Below are positions 9,400-18,845 of a DNA stretch of 34,960 bases, one piece after another. A program made the position numbers and the translations under genes. The notes under the pieces were generated by a model. The model searched no databases and was not told where the DNA came from. It saw only the letters and a program-made list of their open reading frames with translations. This stretch comes from a virus. The stretch lies in UHGV virus genome UHGV-0140617. The stretch is one strand, 5' to 3'. Positions within the stretch are counted from its first letter, which is position 1, and each line of letters begins with the position of its first letter.

Positions 9400-9747
9400 T
9401 CAAGGTGTAACTTTAAAATCCAGGGTGGCACGGTATAGCCGATAATATGGCTCGTATCCGGGGATTTTTACCACCTCTGTAGGGTTTAACGACTTAAGCG
9501 AAGCAAGCGCCAAATCTCTCAGAGATCGTGATTCAGTGATCGTTGTGGCATACACATCGACCTGAACGGAAACCCTGCTCTCTGCCTGGCCACACATCAC
9601 GTCAGCGGAAACATCATCGACGATGGAAAAGATAATCCAGGGTGGAGTGACCGACGGTTTCCCGTCACTACCTAATGGCGCAACATAGGGATATACCCGT
9701 CCTTCTGCCAGGGGAGAAAGCAAGGCGTAGATATTATCTTCATTCAC
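9400..9747 (-). CDS. Putative tail terminator / tail completion protein
   Basis: 115 aa; GTG start 9745-9747 overlapping the upstream stop (GTGA); position between head-tail joining genes and major tail gene. Confidence 0.5.
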   Translation of the reverse strand: MNEDNIYALLSPLAEGRVYPYVAPLGSDGKPSVTPPWIIFSIVDDVSADVMCGQAESRVSVQVDVYATTITESRSLRDLALASLKSLNPTEVVKIPGYEPYYRLYRATLDFKVTP

Positions 9748-10193
9748 TTGCTCAATACCTCATCAATAGCCTGACTCATCCTGGCAATGGCGACGCTGGC
9801 GGCCTCTTCCTCGCGCGTATCGTAAGCGGGTCGCACAAACGGATGTGCAGGCATGTTCGCGGTGCCCATTTCTACGAATCGCCAGTAAAAGGCGTTTCTC
9901 GGGTTATTCGCCTTCATCGTGTTATCGCTGTTGCCGGTGCGCGGGTTAACGCCACGAATATGGACGCCGGAAGAAATTTCCCCGCGGCGACGGCTTTTTT
10001 GGGTCACCACCACCACGTTTTTTTTCAGTTTCCCGGTGCGCACCGGTGCACGGGCGATCACTTCTTCCTTAAGCACTTCGGCGCCGGCGCGCGTGGCATC
10101 ACGCAGAACCTTGTTGTTTTCAGCGCGGCTAAGCGCCTCCAGGTCTTTTGCTATGTCATTTAACCCAGAAAAATCGAGGCTCGTCTCAATCAT
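9744..10193 (-). CDS. HK97 gp10-family head-tail joining protein
   Basis: Motif WRFVEMGT...HPFVRPA typical of that family; start at ATG 10191-10193 overlapping the upstream stop (ATGA). Confidence 0.65.
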   Translation of the reverse strand: MIETSLDFSGLNDIAKDLEALSRAENNKVLRDATRAGAEVLKEEVIARAPVRTGKLKKNVVVVTQKSRRRGEISSGVHIRGVNPRTGNSDNTMKANNPRNAFYWRFVEMGTANMPAHPFVRPAYDTREEEAASVAIARMSQAIDEVLSK

Positions 10194-10534
10194 TTTTCGG
10201 TCCCCTGTTTGCAAAGAATTTCAAGCTGGGTCCCTTTAGGGTCAGGTATGGGCGGCCCTACCACATTCAACGTTTGGCCCTTATATGGACCAGAGAGCAC
10301 CTTCAACCTGGAGGTAGCATAAATACTCGATCCGCTTTTAAATCTCACCCATACCCTTATTGTTGCTTCAGCATGCTCAGCACCAGATGCCATCATTTCC
10401 CGCCCGCTTCTTCCTTTCACTTCAGCAGAGATGGTTTTCCCATCTTCCCATTTTTCAACCGGCTGGCCGGAAGGCGTTCTGGAGGTTGTGAAGTTCTGAA
10501 TGGTGACCCTGTGCCGTAATCGTCCTGCCTGCAT
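10190..10534 (-). CDS. Head closure / head-tail adaptor protein (SPP1 gp16-like)
   Basis: 114 aa starting MQAGRLRHRVTIQ..., characteristic of head-tail adaptor proteins; strong SD AGGAGGTGAT. Confidence 0.7.
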   Translation of the reverse strand: MQAGRLRHRVTIQNFTTSRTPSGQPVEKWEDGKTISAEVKGRSGREMMASGAEHAEATIRVWVRFKSGSSIYATSRLKVLSGPYKGQTLNVVGPPIPDPKGTQLEILCKQGTEK

Positions 10535-10542
10535 ATCACCTC

Positions 10543-10863
10543 CTACGTGCCTGGTACTTTGCGGTGCTGTTCAAAAATTGATTTGACGCCGAACGGGATA
10601 GTATTAACGCTGTCGCCGCTCACAGGTTCCCTGTTTTCATACCAGTGCGACACCAGGAGCATCAGGGCCAGTTTGATATCATCTTCTATCACCAGTCCAT
10701 CAGGATCGTCGTCTGGAACAGCGTTATCATAAAGACGGCAATTAGTCATTTTTTCCGCATGCTTCAGAGAGGCGTTGAGGTAGAGCGTTAACATCACATC
10801 TTCTGTGTCATCATCGCTGTCGATACGGCACTGGTAACGAAGCTCTTTTACAGAGGGCTTCAT
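10543..10863 (-). CDS. Head-tail connector protein (HK97 gp6-like)
   Basis: 106 aa acidic protein immediately after the capsid block; typical size and position. Confidence 0.6.
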   Translation of the reverse strand: MKPSVKELRYQCRIDSDDDTEDVMLTLYLNASLKHAEKMTNCRLYDNAVPDDDPDGLVIEDDIKLALMLLVSHWYENREPVSGDSVNTIPFGVKSIFEQHRKVPGT

Positions 10864-11075
10864 TTTCCCTCACCCCGCTTATTGCTGGTTTTAGGCTTAA
10901 CTGGTGTTTCAATTTCAGGCTGTTCAGTGCCGTCGAGAATCCCCATCTGAGAAGCAACCTCAAGAGCACGGTCAGGAAGTGTGCCAGCCTCATATTCACC
11001 AGCAGGAATGTTTCTGACCTGAATGCCATCAGGTGACCATTTCAGGTCTTTTTTCAGCAGCATCATGACCTCCAT
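10860..11075 (-). CDS. Small hypothetical head-module protein
   Basis: 71 aa ORF, ATGA-coupled to the connector gene; no recognisable motif. Confidence 0.4.
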   Translation of the reverse strand: MEVMMLLKKDLKWSPDGIQVRNIPAGEYEAGTLPDRALEVASQMGILDGTEQPEIETPVKPKTSNKRGEGK

Positions 11076-11081
11076 AAGAAT

Positions 11082-11095
11082 GGGGCCGAAGCCCC
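11082..11095 (-). other. GGGGC-UUCG-GCCCC tetraloop hairpin just downstream of the major capsid gene
   Basis: Plus ggggccgaagcccc; the minus-strand RNA forms a 5-bp GC stem with a UUCG loop 7 nt after the capsid stop; likely mRNA stabiliser or attenuator. Confidence 0.5.
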
Positions 11096-11101
11096 ATCAG
11101 A

Positions 11102-12310
11102 TTATGCGCCAGCACCGATCTGCAGCAGTTTGATGGCCTGAGAATCGGCCAGCATTCCGCCTGTACGTTTGGTGGTGTAGAAACCAACGAATGGTTTGTT
11201 GGTGTACGGGTCGCGGAGGATGCGGGTACCAATGCGATCAACGATGGTATAGCCGCGTTTAAAGTTACCGAACGCAATGGCTTTCGCATCAGCAGCGATA
11301 TCCGGCATTTGCTCATTCTCAGCAACGCCATAACCCGCCAGAGAGGAAGGCTGGCCCAGCTCAAGGCCCGGACGCCAGAGATAGTTACCCTCTGAGTCCT
11401 TCAGAATGCGAACCGCAAACAGACTGTTGTTGTTCATCATGAACTTAGCGCCGTTGCGGTGCACCTTGCGCAGGGTGTAGACCAGCTTGATAATCGCATC
11501 GGCCGTCACACCCGCCGCCGCACCGGAAAGAATGTGCTGCAGGGTGCCAAAAGCACGGGTTTTATCGTCATCCAGAGAAGAGGCATAGGCCAGAAAGCCT
11601 TTCGGTTTTTTCGTACCGTTGCCGCTGGTGAAAGCGATTTCTTCCTGTTCGGAGAACTCAACCGCCAGTTCGCTGTTGATCCAGTCCTCTACATTGAAGA
11701 AGGCATCATCCAGCATCGTTTGGGTTGCCTGAGGGTTTCCGTAGATTTCACCCATGAACGGTTCAATCTGACCGAGTTTAGATGCAGCAGTCTCAGGGCG
11801 GGCATCAGTTTCACCAACCCAGCCGGAAGCCGTACCGCCGAGATTAACCAGTTTTTTATAGTTAGCGCCGCCGACTGTGATGGTTGTCGCCTCCTGGCGC
11901 ATCACCACTTCATCTTTCAGAAGATTAAGGATCGTTCGATCCAGTTCTTCCGGCACGGCATAGCCACCATCTTCATCCACACCGACCTGCAGAGCTTTGC
12001 GTTCAAGTTCGCGCAGCCCGTCATCTTTACCCTTACGCATAAAGCCAATGAAAGCGGTTTTATGTTCGCTTGCGGCTTTGCTCTGAGGACCACCGGCTGG
12101 ACGTTTAACCTGCTTCAGTTCCTCTTCCAGCGCAGATTTAAGCTCATCCAGTTCAGACAACTTGCCGTTTAAGGTTTCAACCTCCCCCGCTAACTTGCCC
12201 TTTTCCTGTTCAACTGCTTCCAGGCGCTTATCGTTCTTTTCTTTGAACGCATCAAACTTCGCCTGCAGTTCCTGCGCGACCTGCTCTACGTCTTTAACGT
12301 CAACTGACAT
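11102..12310 (-). CDS. Major capsid protein, HK97 family (with N-terminal delta/scaffold domain)
   Basis: About 402 aa from ATG 12308-12310 (MSVDVKDV...); N-terminal coiled-coil delta domain then HK97-fold body; SD AGGAG; follows the prohead protease. Confidence 0.9.
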   Translation of the reverse strand: MSVDVKDVEQVAQELQAKFDAFKEKNDKRLEAVEQEKGKLAGEVETLNGKLSELDELKSALEEELKQVKRPAGGPQSKAASEHKTAFIGFMRKGKDDGLRELERKALQVGVDEDGGYAVPEELDRTILNLLKDEVVMRQEATTITVGGANYKKLVNLGGTASGWVGETDARPETAASKLGQIEPFMGEIYGNPQATQTMLDDAFFNVEDWINSELAVEFSEQEEIAFTSGNGTKKPKGFLAYASSLDDDKTRAFGTLQHILSGAAAGVTADAIIKLVYTLRKVHRNGAKFMMNNNSLFAVRILKDSEGNYLWRPGLELGQPSSLAGYGVAENEQMPDIAADAKAIAFGNFKRGYTIVDRIGTRILRDPYTNKPFVGFYTTKRTGGMLADSQAIKLLQIGAGA

Positions 12311-12323
12311 AATTAACTCCTGA

Positions 12324-12977
12324 TTAAAATTTGATGTTTTTAAGTGCATCCAGTGCGGTACTCACTTCATCAACATCACGCTGTGAAAGTGAGCTATAAC
12401 CCCCGGCCATGAATGCTTTAGCCTGGGTGCGTGAGAGCCCAACATCGCGCAGGACTCGTTCAATACTTTTTTGAGAAGGGATTTCTCCGCGGGAAAATGC
12501 GCTTTTGACATCACTTACACGCGCTTCATCGTTCGACGGAAACGTGACGAGACTGACTTCCCACAGGTCGATCTCTTTGAGAAGGAACACGCCCTTAACA
12601 CGGTCGTATTCCCAGTCTTTCAGCATGTAACCAATAGAAAGGCCGGTTAAAGAACCGGCCTTCATGTGGGCGTGTGCGCGTTTCGAAAGGGGATCGTCAT
12701 CAATGAGTAACCGGCCTTTAACATAAAGGCCAACCTCATCCTCTTTCATCTCGGTGTAAATACCGATGGGTTCATCCATACGGTGCTGCCAGAGTAATGC
12801 AGGGAGAGCATTCTTTTCTTTCCATGCCTGAAGGGAGGCCGAAAAAGCGCCTGGCACAACAACATCATCGTAGCTGTCCTTTACGCCAAAAACAGAGCCA
12901 TAGCCTTCAAACTCCCCGCTGTCGCTGACAGACTTTAGCTGTAGCGGAATATCCAGCCGCTGTTTAGTCATCGGCAT
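12324..12977 (-). CDS. Prohead protease (HK97 family, S78)
   Basis: 217 aa; position between portal and capsid; HK97-protease-like sequence. Confidence 0.85.
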   Translation of the reverse strand: MPMTKQRLDIPLQLKSVSDSGEFEGYGSVFGVKDSYDDVVVPGAFSASLQAWKEKNALPALLWQHRMDEPIGIYTEMKEDEVGLYVKGRLLIDDDPLSKRAHAHMKAGSLTGLSIGYMLKDWEYDRVKGVFLLKEIDLWEVSLVTFPSNDEARVSDVKSAFSRGEIPSQKSIERVLRDVGLSRTQAKAFMAGGYSSLSQRDVDEVSTALDALKNIKF

Positions 12978-14193
12978 TATGTTGTTCCTCGGTTGTTTTG
13001 TTCTTGCTGCTGTCTGACGGTTTCGTCGTCATGTTCATTGGCGTAAGGTAAATATCTCCGCCTGCGCGTGGGTTAAGTTCTTCAAGTTCCCGGCAGTCAT
13101 TTGGTGAGTAAATACCCCAGTTAATGCCTGTTGAATACGCCTCAAATCGCGACTTCATATCCCCGCGCAGCAATGCGCCGGCATTGAATTTTGCGTAGTA
13201 CACACCCTGCTTTGATTCCTTCACCAGCCCGATGTTGATTCGCTGCTCAATGCGGGTCATATACGGAACGAGTGAATAATTGATAAACCCCATGCCGAGG
13301 TTTTCAATATTGTTAAACGTCGAGCGGTCAGTGTTCTGCACCATGTGCATCGGCACACGGAACAGGCGGCATATTTCCTCCAGCTGGAATTTCCTGGTCT
13401 CAAGGAACTGACTGTCTTCCGCATTGAGCGCCATCGACTTCCAGTCCAGTCCCATTTCGAGAATCATTGGTCGGTGCGCGTTGCTCAGCCCGAGGTGACG
13501 GTCCTCAAAATCCTTTTTCAGCCTTGCGTAAGCAGCGTCAGTGAGCGTTTGCTCAGTGCGGAGTACGCCGGAGGTAACCGCGCCATTTGAGAACAACCGC
13601 GCCCCATGTTCCTCTGTTGCCATTCCCAGAGATATTGCTTCTCTTGCATAGGCTATAGGGTTCAGCCCCACCAGCCCGTCAAAGGTAAGCGTTCTGACAT
13701 GCCAGATATCATCCTGCCCAAGCACGTCTGTTGAGCCATCGGGGAATGTTACCTGGTAAACCGGTTGCCACTGGCTGTTAAGCTTTGGTTCAACACACCC
13801 AGGGTCAATGGGAAGAAGCTCCACCACCTCGCCAAGCGCTTTAACTTTGTAGGCGTAAAAATTACCGCGAAGACAAAGACAGACAATGACCAGTTCCCAG
13901 AACTCCTGGGGGGTCATGTAATCATTTGGCTTCATCGTCAGTAATTTATGCAGCCTTTCGGAAGTCGCTTTTTGTTTACTGTTTCCGGTTATCTTGTACA
14001 GGTTACAGGGCAGCATGCCCATCGACTCAGCAAGAACACGGATGCAACCGAAAACCGCTGTAAGCCGCATGGCTTTCTGGCTGCTTACCCTTTTCCCTGT
14101 ATAGGTGTCGTAAGTCATTCCCACTGCTTCAGCGAGTTCTGCCGCAGTAGTGACAGGGGCATCACTTTTTTTGAACATTCCGGGGAAAAACAT
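12964..14193 (-). CDS. Portal protein (HK97 family)
   Basis: 409 aa; typical portal length and sequence; follows terminase. Confidence 0.9.
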   Translation of the reverse strand: MFFPGMFKKSDAPVTTAAELAEAVGMTYDTYTGKRVSSQKAMRLTAVFGCIRVLAESMGMLPCNLYKITGNSKQKATSERLHKLLTMKPNDYMTPQEFWELVIVCLCLRGNFYAYKVKALGEVVELLPIDPGCVEPKLNSQWQPVYQVTFPDGSTDVLGQDDIWHVRTLTFDGLVGLNPIAYAREAISLGMATEEHGARLFSNGAVTSGVLRTEQTLTDAAYARLKKDFEDRHLGLSNAHRPMILEMGLDWKSMALNAEDSQFLETRKFQLEEICRLFRVPMHMVQNTDRSTFNNIENLGMGFINYSLVPYMTRIEQRINIGLVKESKQGVYYAKFNAGALLRGDMKSRFEAYSTGINWGIYSPNDCRELEELNPRAGGDIYLTPMNMTTKPSDSSKNKTTEEQHNADD

Positions 14194-14378
14194 CAGTCAG
14201 TCCCTCCTCGCAATGTTTTCCCGGCCAGCGAAAGCGTGCGGGAAACCAGCCATGACCAGATAAGGCAAAGCATACCGGCACTGATTAAACCTCCTGGCGG
14301 ATAAATCATCCATACACCAAACGAAAGCAAAATAGCGCCCATCACCCCGATCAGCGGGGCGAGAATCATCAGGATCAT
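14193..14378 (-). CDS. Small hydrophobic protein between terminase and portal
   Basis: 61 aa, two predicted TM helices; ATGA-type overlap with portal start. Confidence 0.35.
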   Translation of the reverse strand: MILMILAPLIGVMGAILLSFGVWMIYPPGGLISAGMLCLIWSWLVSRTLSLAGKTLRGGTD

Positions 14379-14388
14379 AACTGCCTCT

Positions 14389-16146
14389 TTATAATGAACG
14401 GACGCCGTAACTTTCCAGATGGTCAGAGAGGCTGTCCTGTTGTTCGCCGCCGTTTACAAGCATGCGGCTCATTGCGGTAAACAAGGCGGCAGGCCCGTCT
14501 ATTTTCGCTTCTGGCGTGGATTTGTTCGGAAAGATATTGTCGTTTTTGTCAGGTTTGACGGTGACATTAGACATCATCCAGTTCATTACAGGATGATTGC
14601 TGTGATGAAAACGCCCGCCGTAAACCAGCGATTCAACCTCTTTCATTGACTCAGAAAAGTTTCTGACCGTCTGCGGAACCTCCACCAGCGGCACGCCCTC
14701 TTCTGCCAGAGCCAGGCTAAACTGCGTTGCGCTCCACGGGTCGAATCCGGTTTCCTTCAGGTTTTCGCCACTAATCCATTCCAGAAAATCAGCTTTAATC
14801 TGCGCATGATCGATAACATCACCATCGGTCAGTTCCAGCTTCCCAAGCTCAGCCCATTTGCGATACATCTGCGCCATTTGAGCGGAACATTTTTCCAGCC
14901 GCCCTTCGGGTAACCAGAATTTAAAGTCTGCATGCGCGTGACCGTTGTCTGCCCGCCAGAGTTTTACTGCTGCGCAAATATCAATCTTGTGGGCCAGATC
15001 CACGCCAGCCCACATCGGGTAGGTTTTCAGCTCATGACGGGGGGCTATAAACTCACATTTTTCCCACTTGATCATGTCCATCCAGGCTGACTCAGCGGTC
15101 ACCCAGATATTCATGTGTTTGGTGAAAAAGTTAACCCTGGCGGAAACTTGTTCTTTGGCCTTCTTAGCCAGACGGCGAAGGTCATCCCAGCGCTTACAGA
15201 TTCCGAGTCCGGGGTTAGCCTTTTGCCACACCGTTTCATCAAACGGATCATCATCTTTATCCAGGGTGAAGATGATGGCGAAAAAGGTGTCATCCTTCAC
15301 CGCGCCTTCCACTTCGCTGTTATAGCCACGCAGCACCTTAATGGCATAATCGCGCAGCTCGTAACAAATCCCTTCTTTGTTAAACCCGGCTGTCGTTATG
15401 CCAAACAGAAGAGACTGCAATCGTGCGCCGGTTGCAGTCTCCAGAACGTCCCAGACATCACGGGTTTTATGCGCATGAAGTTCGTCGACGATGCCACAAT
15501 GGATGTTGAGACCATCAAGATTGTTGGCATCAGAAGATAGCGGTTCAAACTTGGATGCTGTCTGCTCCTGGTAGATCGCCAGTTTGTTGAATTCAAACAG
15601 TCGCCCAAGTGTGGGTTTCGCTTTTTTAACCATGTTTTTCGCATCTTCAAAAACGATGCGAGCCTGATCCCGCGTTGTCGCTGCGGAATAAACCTCTGCC
15701 CCGCCCTCACCATCGGCGCCAGCCATATAGAGACCAACGCCAGAGGATAATGTCGATTTGGCGTTTTTACGGGCTACCTCGTTATATGCCGTGCGAAACC
15801 TGCGGACCATCACAGGACGGCCACTGCCATCATTACGCAGCACGACTTCGCCTGTTTCTTCATTTACCAGTGGGATAACAAAACCGAAAATGTTGATCAG
15901 AATGAAAATATGCCAGTCCATCAGCTCAATCGGCTGGCCTGCCAGTGCTCCTTTTACATGAGGCACGAATTTATAGAAATTGAGGATGTGCTGTGCGCGG
16001 GGCTCGCTGAAATAGATACCACGTTCCTCACCGTATTTCAGATCATCAAGAAAACGCTGGCAGGCGAGGCGGACAAATTCACAAGTGATAACTTCACCGG
16101 CAACGACGCGTTCGGCGTAACGTATCCCATCGGCAACTTTAGCCAT
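14389..16146 (-). CDS. Terminase large subunit
   Basis: 585 aa; N-terminal ATPase region and C-terminal nuclease region typical of Terminase_1 family; TAATG-type overlap with the small subunit. Confidence 0.9.
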   Translation of the reverse strand: MAKVADGIRYAERVVAGEVITCEFVRLACQRFLDDLKYGEERGIYFSEPRAQHILNFYKFVPHVKGALAGQPIELMDWHIFILINIFGFVIPLVNEETGEVVLRNDGSGRPVMVRRFRTAYNEVARKNAKSTLSSGVGLYMAGADGEGGAEVYSAATTRDQARIVFEDAKNMVKKAKPTLGRLFEFNKLAIYQEQTASKFEPLSSDANNLDGLNIHCGIVDELHAHKTRDVWDVLETATGARLQSLLFGITTAGFNKEGICYELRDYAIKVLRGYNSEVEGAVKDDTFFAIIFTLDKDDDPFDETVWQKANPGLGICKRWDDLRRLAKKAKEQVSARVNFFTKHMNIWVTAESAWMDMIKWEKCEFIAPRHELKTYPMWAGVDLAHKIDICAAVKLWRADNGHAHADFKFWLPEGRLEKCSAQMAQMYRKWAELGKLELTDGDVIDHAQIKADFLEWISGENLKETGFDPWSATQFSLALAEEGVPLVEVPQTVRNFSESMKEVESLVYGGRFHHSNHPVMNWMMSNVTVKPDKNDNIFPNKSTPEAKIDGPAALFTAMSRMLVNGGEQQDSLSDHLESYGVRSL

Positions 16147-16619
16147 TAGTCCCTCGCTTTCATAAATTCAGTAATAAGATCAACTTCGCCCGGAGTTTTT
16201 GTACTTACCTTAGATCGACTGGCAGGCGTCATTCCGAACTCACCAAGCATGGCTCGCAGCCTCTTCCAGGCGTCGGCTTTCATAATTGCTGCCGGGTGTG
16301 CCTTTATCATGACGTCACCAGTCTGCGTTTCAGTTCGGTACGTATATCCCTCAATCTCCAGCGTGTCGCAGTGATGTCTGTATTCGGTATACGCTTCCAC
16401 AAGCAGCTCAAGGGCTCGCCCATCAAGCTGAGATATGACGCCAATGGCATCAAGTTCTTCGGCCATCCGCTTAAACCAGTACTTCCCCTGCTTGTCGAAA
16501 TGCTTGGGAACTGGGGGGACCCCTTTAGGTGGCTGCGGCTCGTTTTTGTTGATTGGTCGTTTGGAAGGGTTACCCCTCACCAAACGCAGATGGGTAGGGG
16601 TTTTCGGCGGTCCTGACAT
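16146..16619 (-). CDS. Terminase small subunit (P27 family)
   Basis: 157 aa starting MSGPPKTPTHLRLVRGNPSKRP..., characteristic of P27-family small terminases. Confidence 0.85.
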   Translation of the reverse strand: MSGPPKTPTHLRLVRGNPSKRPINKNEPQPPKGVPPVPKHFDKQGKYWFKRMAEELDAIGVISQLDGRALELLVEAYTEYRHHCDTLEIEGYTYRTETQTGDVMIKAHPAAIMKADAWKRLRAMLGEFGMTPASRSKVSTKTPGEVDLITEFMKARD

Positions 16620-16775
16620 AATCGAAAACTCCTATTAATCATCGGCTGGGGGACCCCAAAAAAAGTTTTCTAACCTGCGGCGATGTGAAGAAAGGCTAGG
16701 CGGCGGTCCTTTGGGCTCCCGGCTACAGGGATTTGACCTCCCCCTCCCCTCTACGCCTGTTGATGATAATTACTA
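16620..16775. other. Candidate cos / packaging-initiation region
   Basis: 156-bp GC-rich non-coding gap between HNH and small terminase; contains AGGCGGCGGTCCT resembling the lambda cohesive end GGGCGGCGACCT, plus flanking G/C runs. Confidence 0.35.
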
Positions 16776-17126
16776 TCATTTAAAGCGCTCGCGACCTGTT
16801 TTCGAGCGGTGGCAGGGCCAGCACAGGCTTTCAAGGTTCGAATCATCATCGGTACCCCCATGTGCCTTAGCCTTGATATGGTCAACGGTTGTGGCCGCGA
16901 CAGCACGTCCAGTACGCAGGCAGTTCTGACACAGATGATTATCACGCTTCAGGATGCGCGCGCGCTTGATATCCCACTTGCCGCCATAGCCACGCTCATG
17001 GCGACTCTTACCCTGCTGATGCTGCTTCCAGCCCTCATTGCGATGCTGCTCACAGTAGCCTGAACGGTCCGTAGTCGTACCGGGACAACCTCTCTTGCGA
17101 CATGCGCGAGGGATTAACGCTGGCAT
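16776..17126 (-). CDS. HNH endonuclease
   Basis: 116 aa with Cys pairs and HxxxH...N...H pattern (CQNCLRTG...VDHIKAKAHGGTDDDSNLESLCWPCH); classic position upstream of terminase in HK97-like cos phages. Confidence 0.85.
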   Translation of the reverse strand: MPALIPRACRKRGCPGTTTDRSGYCEQHRNEGWKQHQQGKSRHERGYGGKWDIKRARILKRDNHLCQNCLRTGRAVAATTVDHIKAKAHGGTDDDSNLESLCWPCHRSKTGRERFK

Positions 17127-17347
17127 GGTTCAATCCTCACAGAACCGTAAAGCGTATGCCGCTTCACCTCACCGTTCTCTGCTACCGCATAACCGCGCTC
17201 ATCGAGAACAGCAGCGATTACTTCACCCTTCTCATCATCAGCAGTGAAGACATGCTTAACCTCAATACCATCGAGAAAAACAGCGTATCTCTCTACACCG
17301 AGATTAATCTTCCTGCCGGGATCGTCATCTAATACAGTGAGACGCAT
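17114..17347 (-). CDS. Hypothetical protein
   Basis: 77 aa from ATG 17345-17347 with SD GGAGG; no recognised motif. Confidence 0.45.
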   Translation of the reverse strand: MRLTVLDDDPGRKINLGVERYAVFLDGIEVKHVFTADDEKGEVIAAVLDERGYAVAENGEVKRHTLYGSVRIEPCQR

Positions 17348-17366
17348 ATAACCTCCACAGGCTTCC

Positions 17367-17597
17367 TTAAGTGAATAAGATGCCAAAACTAACCAGCATG
17401 GCTTTCTTTTCCTCAATCCGGCGATCAAGTTCAGCCACTGCATGTGGGCGAATAGCATCAAGAAAGGCTTTATCCTGATAGGTAGACTGGATTGTCACAC
17501 CAAGCCCATCACCACTTTCCAGCATGCCTTTCTGTCGCTGTAGCTCTTTCATTCCGTTATAGATGTAATGCGCGTTACTTAGGTTCTCTACGTTCAC
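17367..17597 (-). CDS. Hypothetical protein
   Basis: 76 aa ORF downstream of the lysis genes. Confidence 0.35.
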   Translation of the reverse strand: MNVENLSNAHYIYNGMKELQRQKGMLESGDGLGVTIQSTYQDKAFLDAIRPHAVAELDRRIEEKKAMLVSFGILFT

Positions 17598-17817
17598 GGC
17601 CTGGCTCCTTCATGCAGTTAGCCTGCACTGATTTGTTGTGCGCCAATATGTCCCGCTTCGTCTGTTTATCCAGCACGGCAATATCGTGCTCTGTGAGGTA
17701 GATGATGTTCACCCAGTCACAGGCAGTGTCCGTTACTTCAGGTTTTGCGGGTAAATTTTTCGCGCAACTCGCGGTCAACATCGTCATCAGGAAGATGATT
17801 AACAGTCTGCTGTACAT
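17575..17817 (-). CDS. Putative o-spanin (outer-membrane lipoprotein, Rz1-like)
   Basis: Signal peptide plus lipobox LTASC; starts inside the 3' end of the preceding TM-protein gene in another frame (overlapped spanin architecture). Confidence 0.5.
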   Translation of the reverse strand: MYSRLLIIFLMTMLTASCAKNLPAKPEVTDTACDWVNIIYLTEHDIAVLDKQTKRDILAHNKSVQANCMKEPGRERREPK

Positions 17818-18010
17818 CCCTGGCTCCTTTTGTTGTCTCTACCCGGCGTTCTGAAACGGCTTCAGTGGCTGCTGCTCGTTCTTCAGTGCGTTGCTGGTCT
17901 GCTTTGGCTTCCGCTTTATTGGTGCCACGCAAATGGCCAACACCAAAACCACCAGCAGCTGCAACCATAATTGCACCAATAACGCCGATAATGATTTCTA
18001 CAATGCTCAT
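17738..18010 (-). CDS. Putative i-spanin (Rz-like, N-terminal TM)
   Basis: 90 aa; N-terminal TM helix (IVEIIIGVIGAIMVAAAGGFGVG) then charged helical region; overlaps the lipoprotein gene. Confidence 0.45.
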   Translation of the reverse strand: MSIVEIIIGVIGAIMVAAAGGFGVGHLRGTNKAEAKADQQRTEERAAATEAVSERRVETTKGARDVQQTVNHLPDDDVDRELREKFTRKT

Positions 18011-18231
18011 GCGATCACCTTTGGTTCAAATGAGCGGACGTTGATAGGCTGATCGTATGGAAAAGACCAGTTAAGCCATGTGAAGGTTTTAAGTTCACAC
18101 ATCCCGTCGAACACCTCGCAAGGCTTAATATCGGTATAACTGCAGACGATATGTAATTCGTCACCCTTCGACTGCAAAACAACCGTGTCAGTTTCCCAAT
18201 GTGGAATGAGAAGAGCCAGCCACTTAATCAT
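18007..18231 (-). CDS. Hypothetical protein in lysis cassette
   Basis: 74 aa, ATGA-coupled to endolysin and to the downstream gene. Confidence 0.4.
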   Translation of the reverse strand: MIKWLALLIPHWETDTVVLQSKGDELHIVCSYTDIKPCEVFDGMCELKTFTWLNWSFPYDQPINVRSFEPKVIA

Positions 18232-18845
18232 GAAATCACCGATTTTGCTTTGGTGTAACGTGCACGGCGGTCGTTAATACCGTTTTGTCCACCATTGATG
18301 ATCTGAGTGATGCGAACCAGATCGCCGGAATAGCTCAGGCATCCGCTGGTGGCGTAGAACCATGCAGCTGAACGTGCAGCGTTGATGTCCTTTTCCAGCA
18401 ACTCAGGATTACTGACTAAATCCAGTTTTAATCCCGTTCCGCAGCGGCGGTAATTATCAAGGCCGGTAATCTGAATCAGCCCGCGTCCACGATATTTCCA
18501 CCCATCGCCTGATGCTTTGTTACCGAGGCGATTGCTGTACACCAGATTTGCAATGGCTGGTTGATTGGCTACCTGCCCTTTTTCTTTGTCACGCCCAAGC
18601 ATATAGGCCTGGTAGTTAGTAATTCGGCGTCCAAAGGTGGTCAGCAAAGCGGCTGGGGTGTAGTTGAAGCTCTCCACCAGCGCAGAGAATCCCGCTGATT
18701 CATGTCCTGACTGAGCAATAAACATTGCCTGGTCTTCAGGCTTAACAATGCCGAACTCTTTCATTGCCGCGTCAATGTGCGGAAACCAGCGTGCAGAAAG
18801 CCCGGCGCTGATACCAGCCGCCTGCTGAAATTGTGATTGGTTCAT
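18228..18845 (-). CDS. Endolysin, glycoside hydrolase family 19 (chitinase-like lysozyme)
   Basis: 205 aa with GH19-like motifs (AQSGHESAGF, GRGLIQITG); adjacent to holins. Confidence 0.8.
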   Translation of the reverse strand: MNQSQFQQAAGISAGLSARWFPHIDAAMKEFGIVKPEDQAMFIAQSGHESAGFSALVESFNYTPAALLTTFGRRITNYQAYMLGRDKEKGQVANQPAIANLVYSNRLGNKASGDGWKYRGRGLIQITGLDNYRRCGTGLKLDLVSNPELLEKDINAARSAAWFYATSGCLSYSGDLVRITQIINGGQNGINDRRARYTKAKSVIS

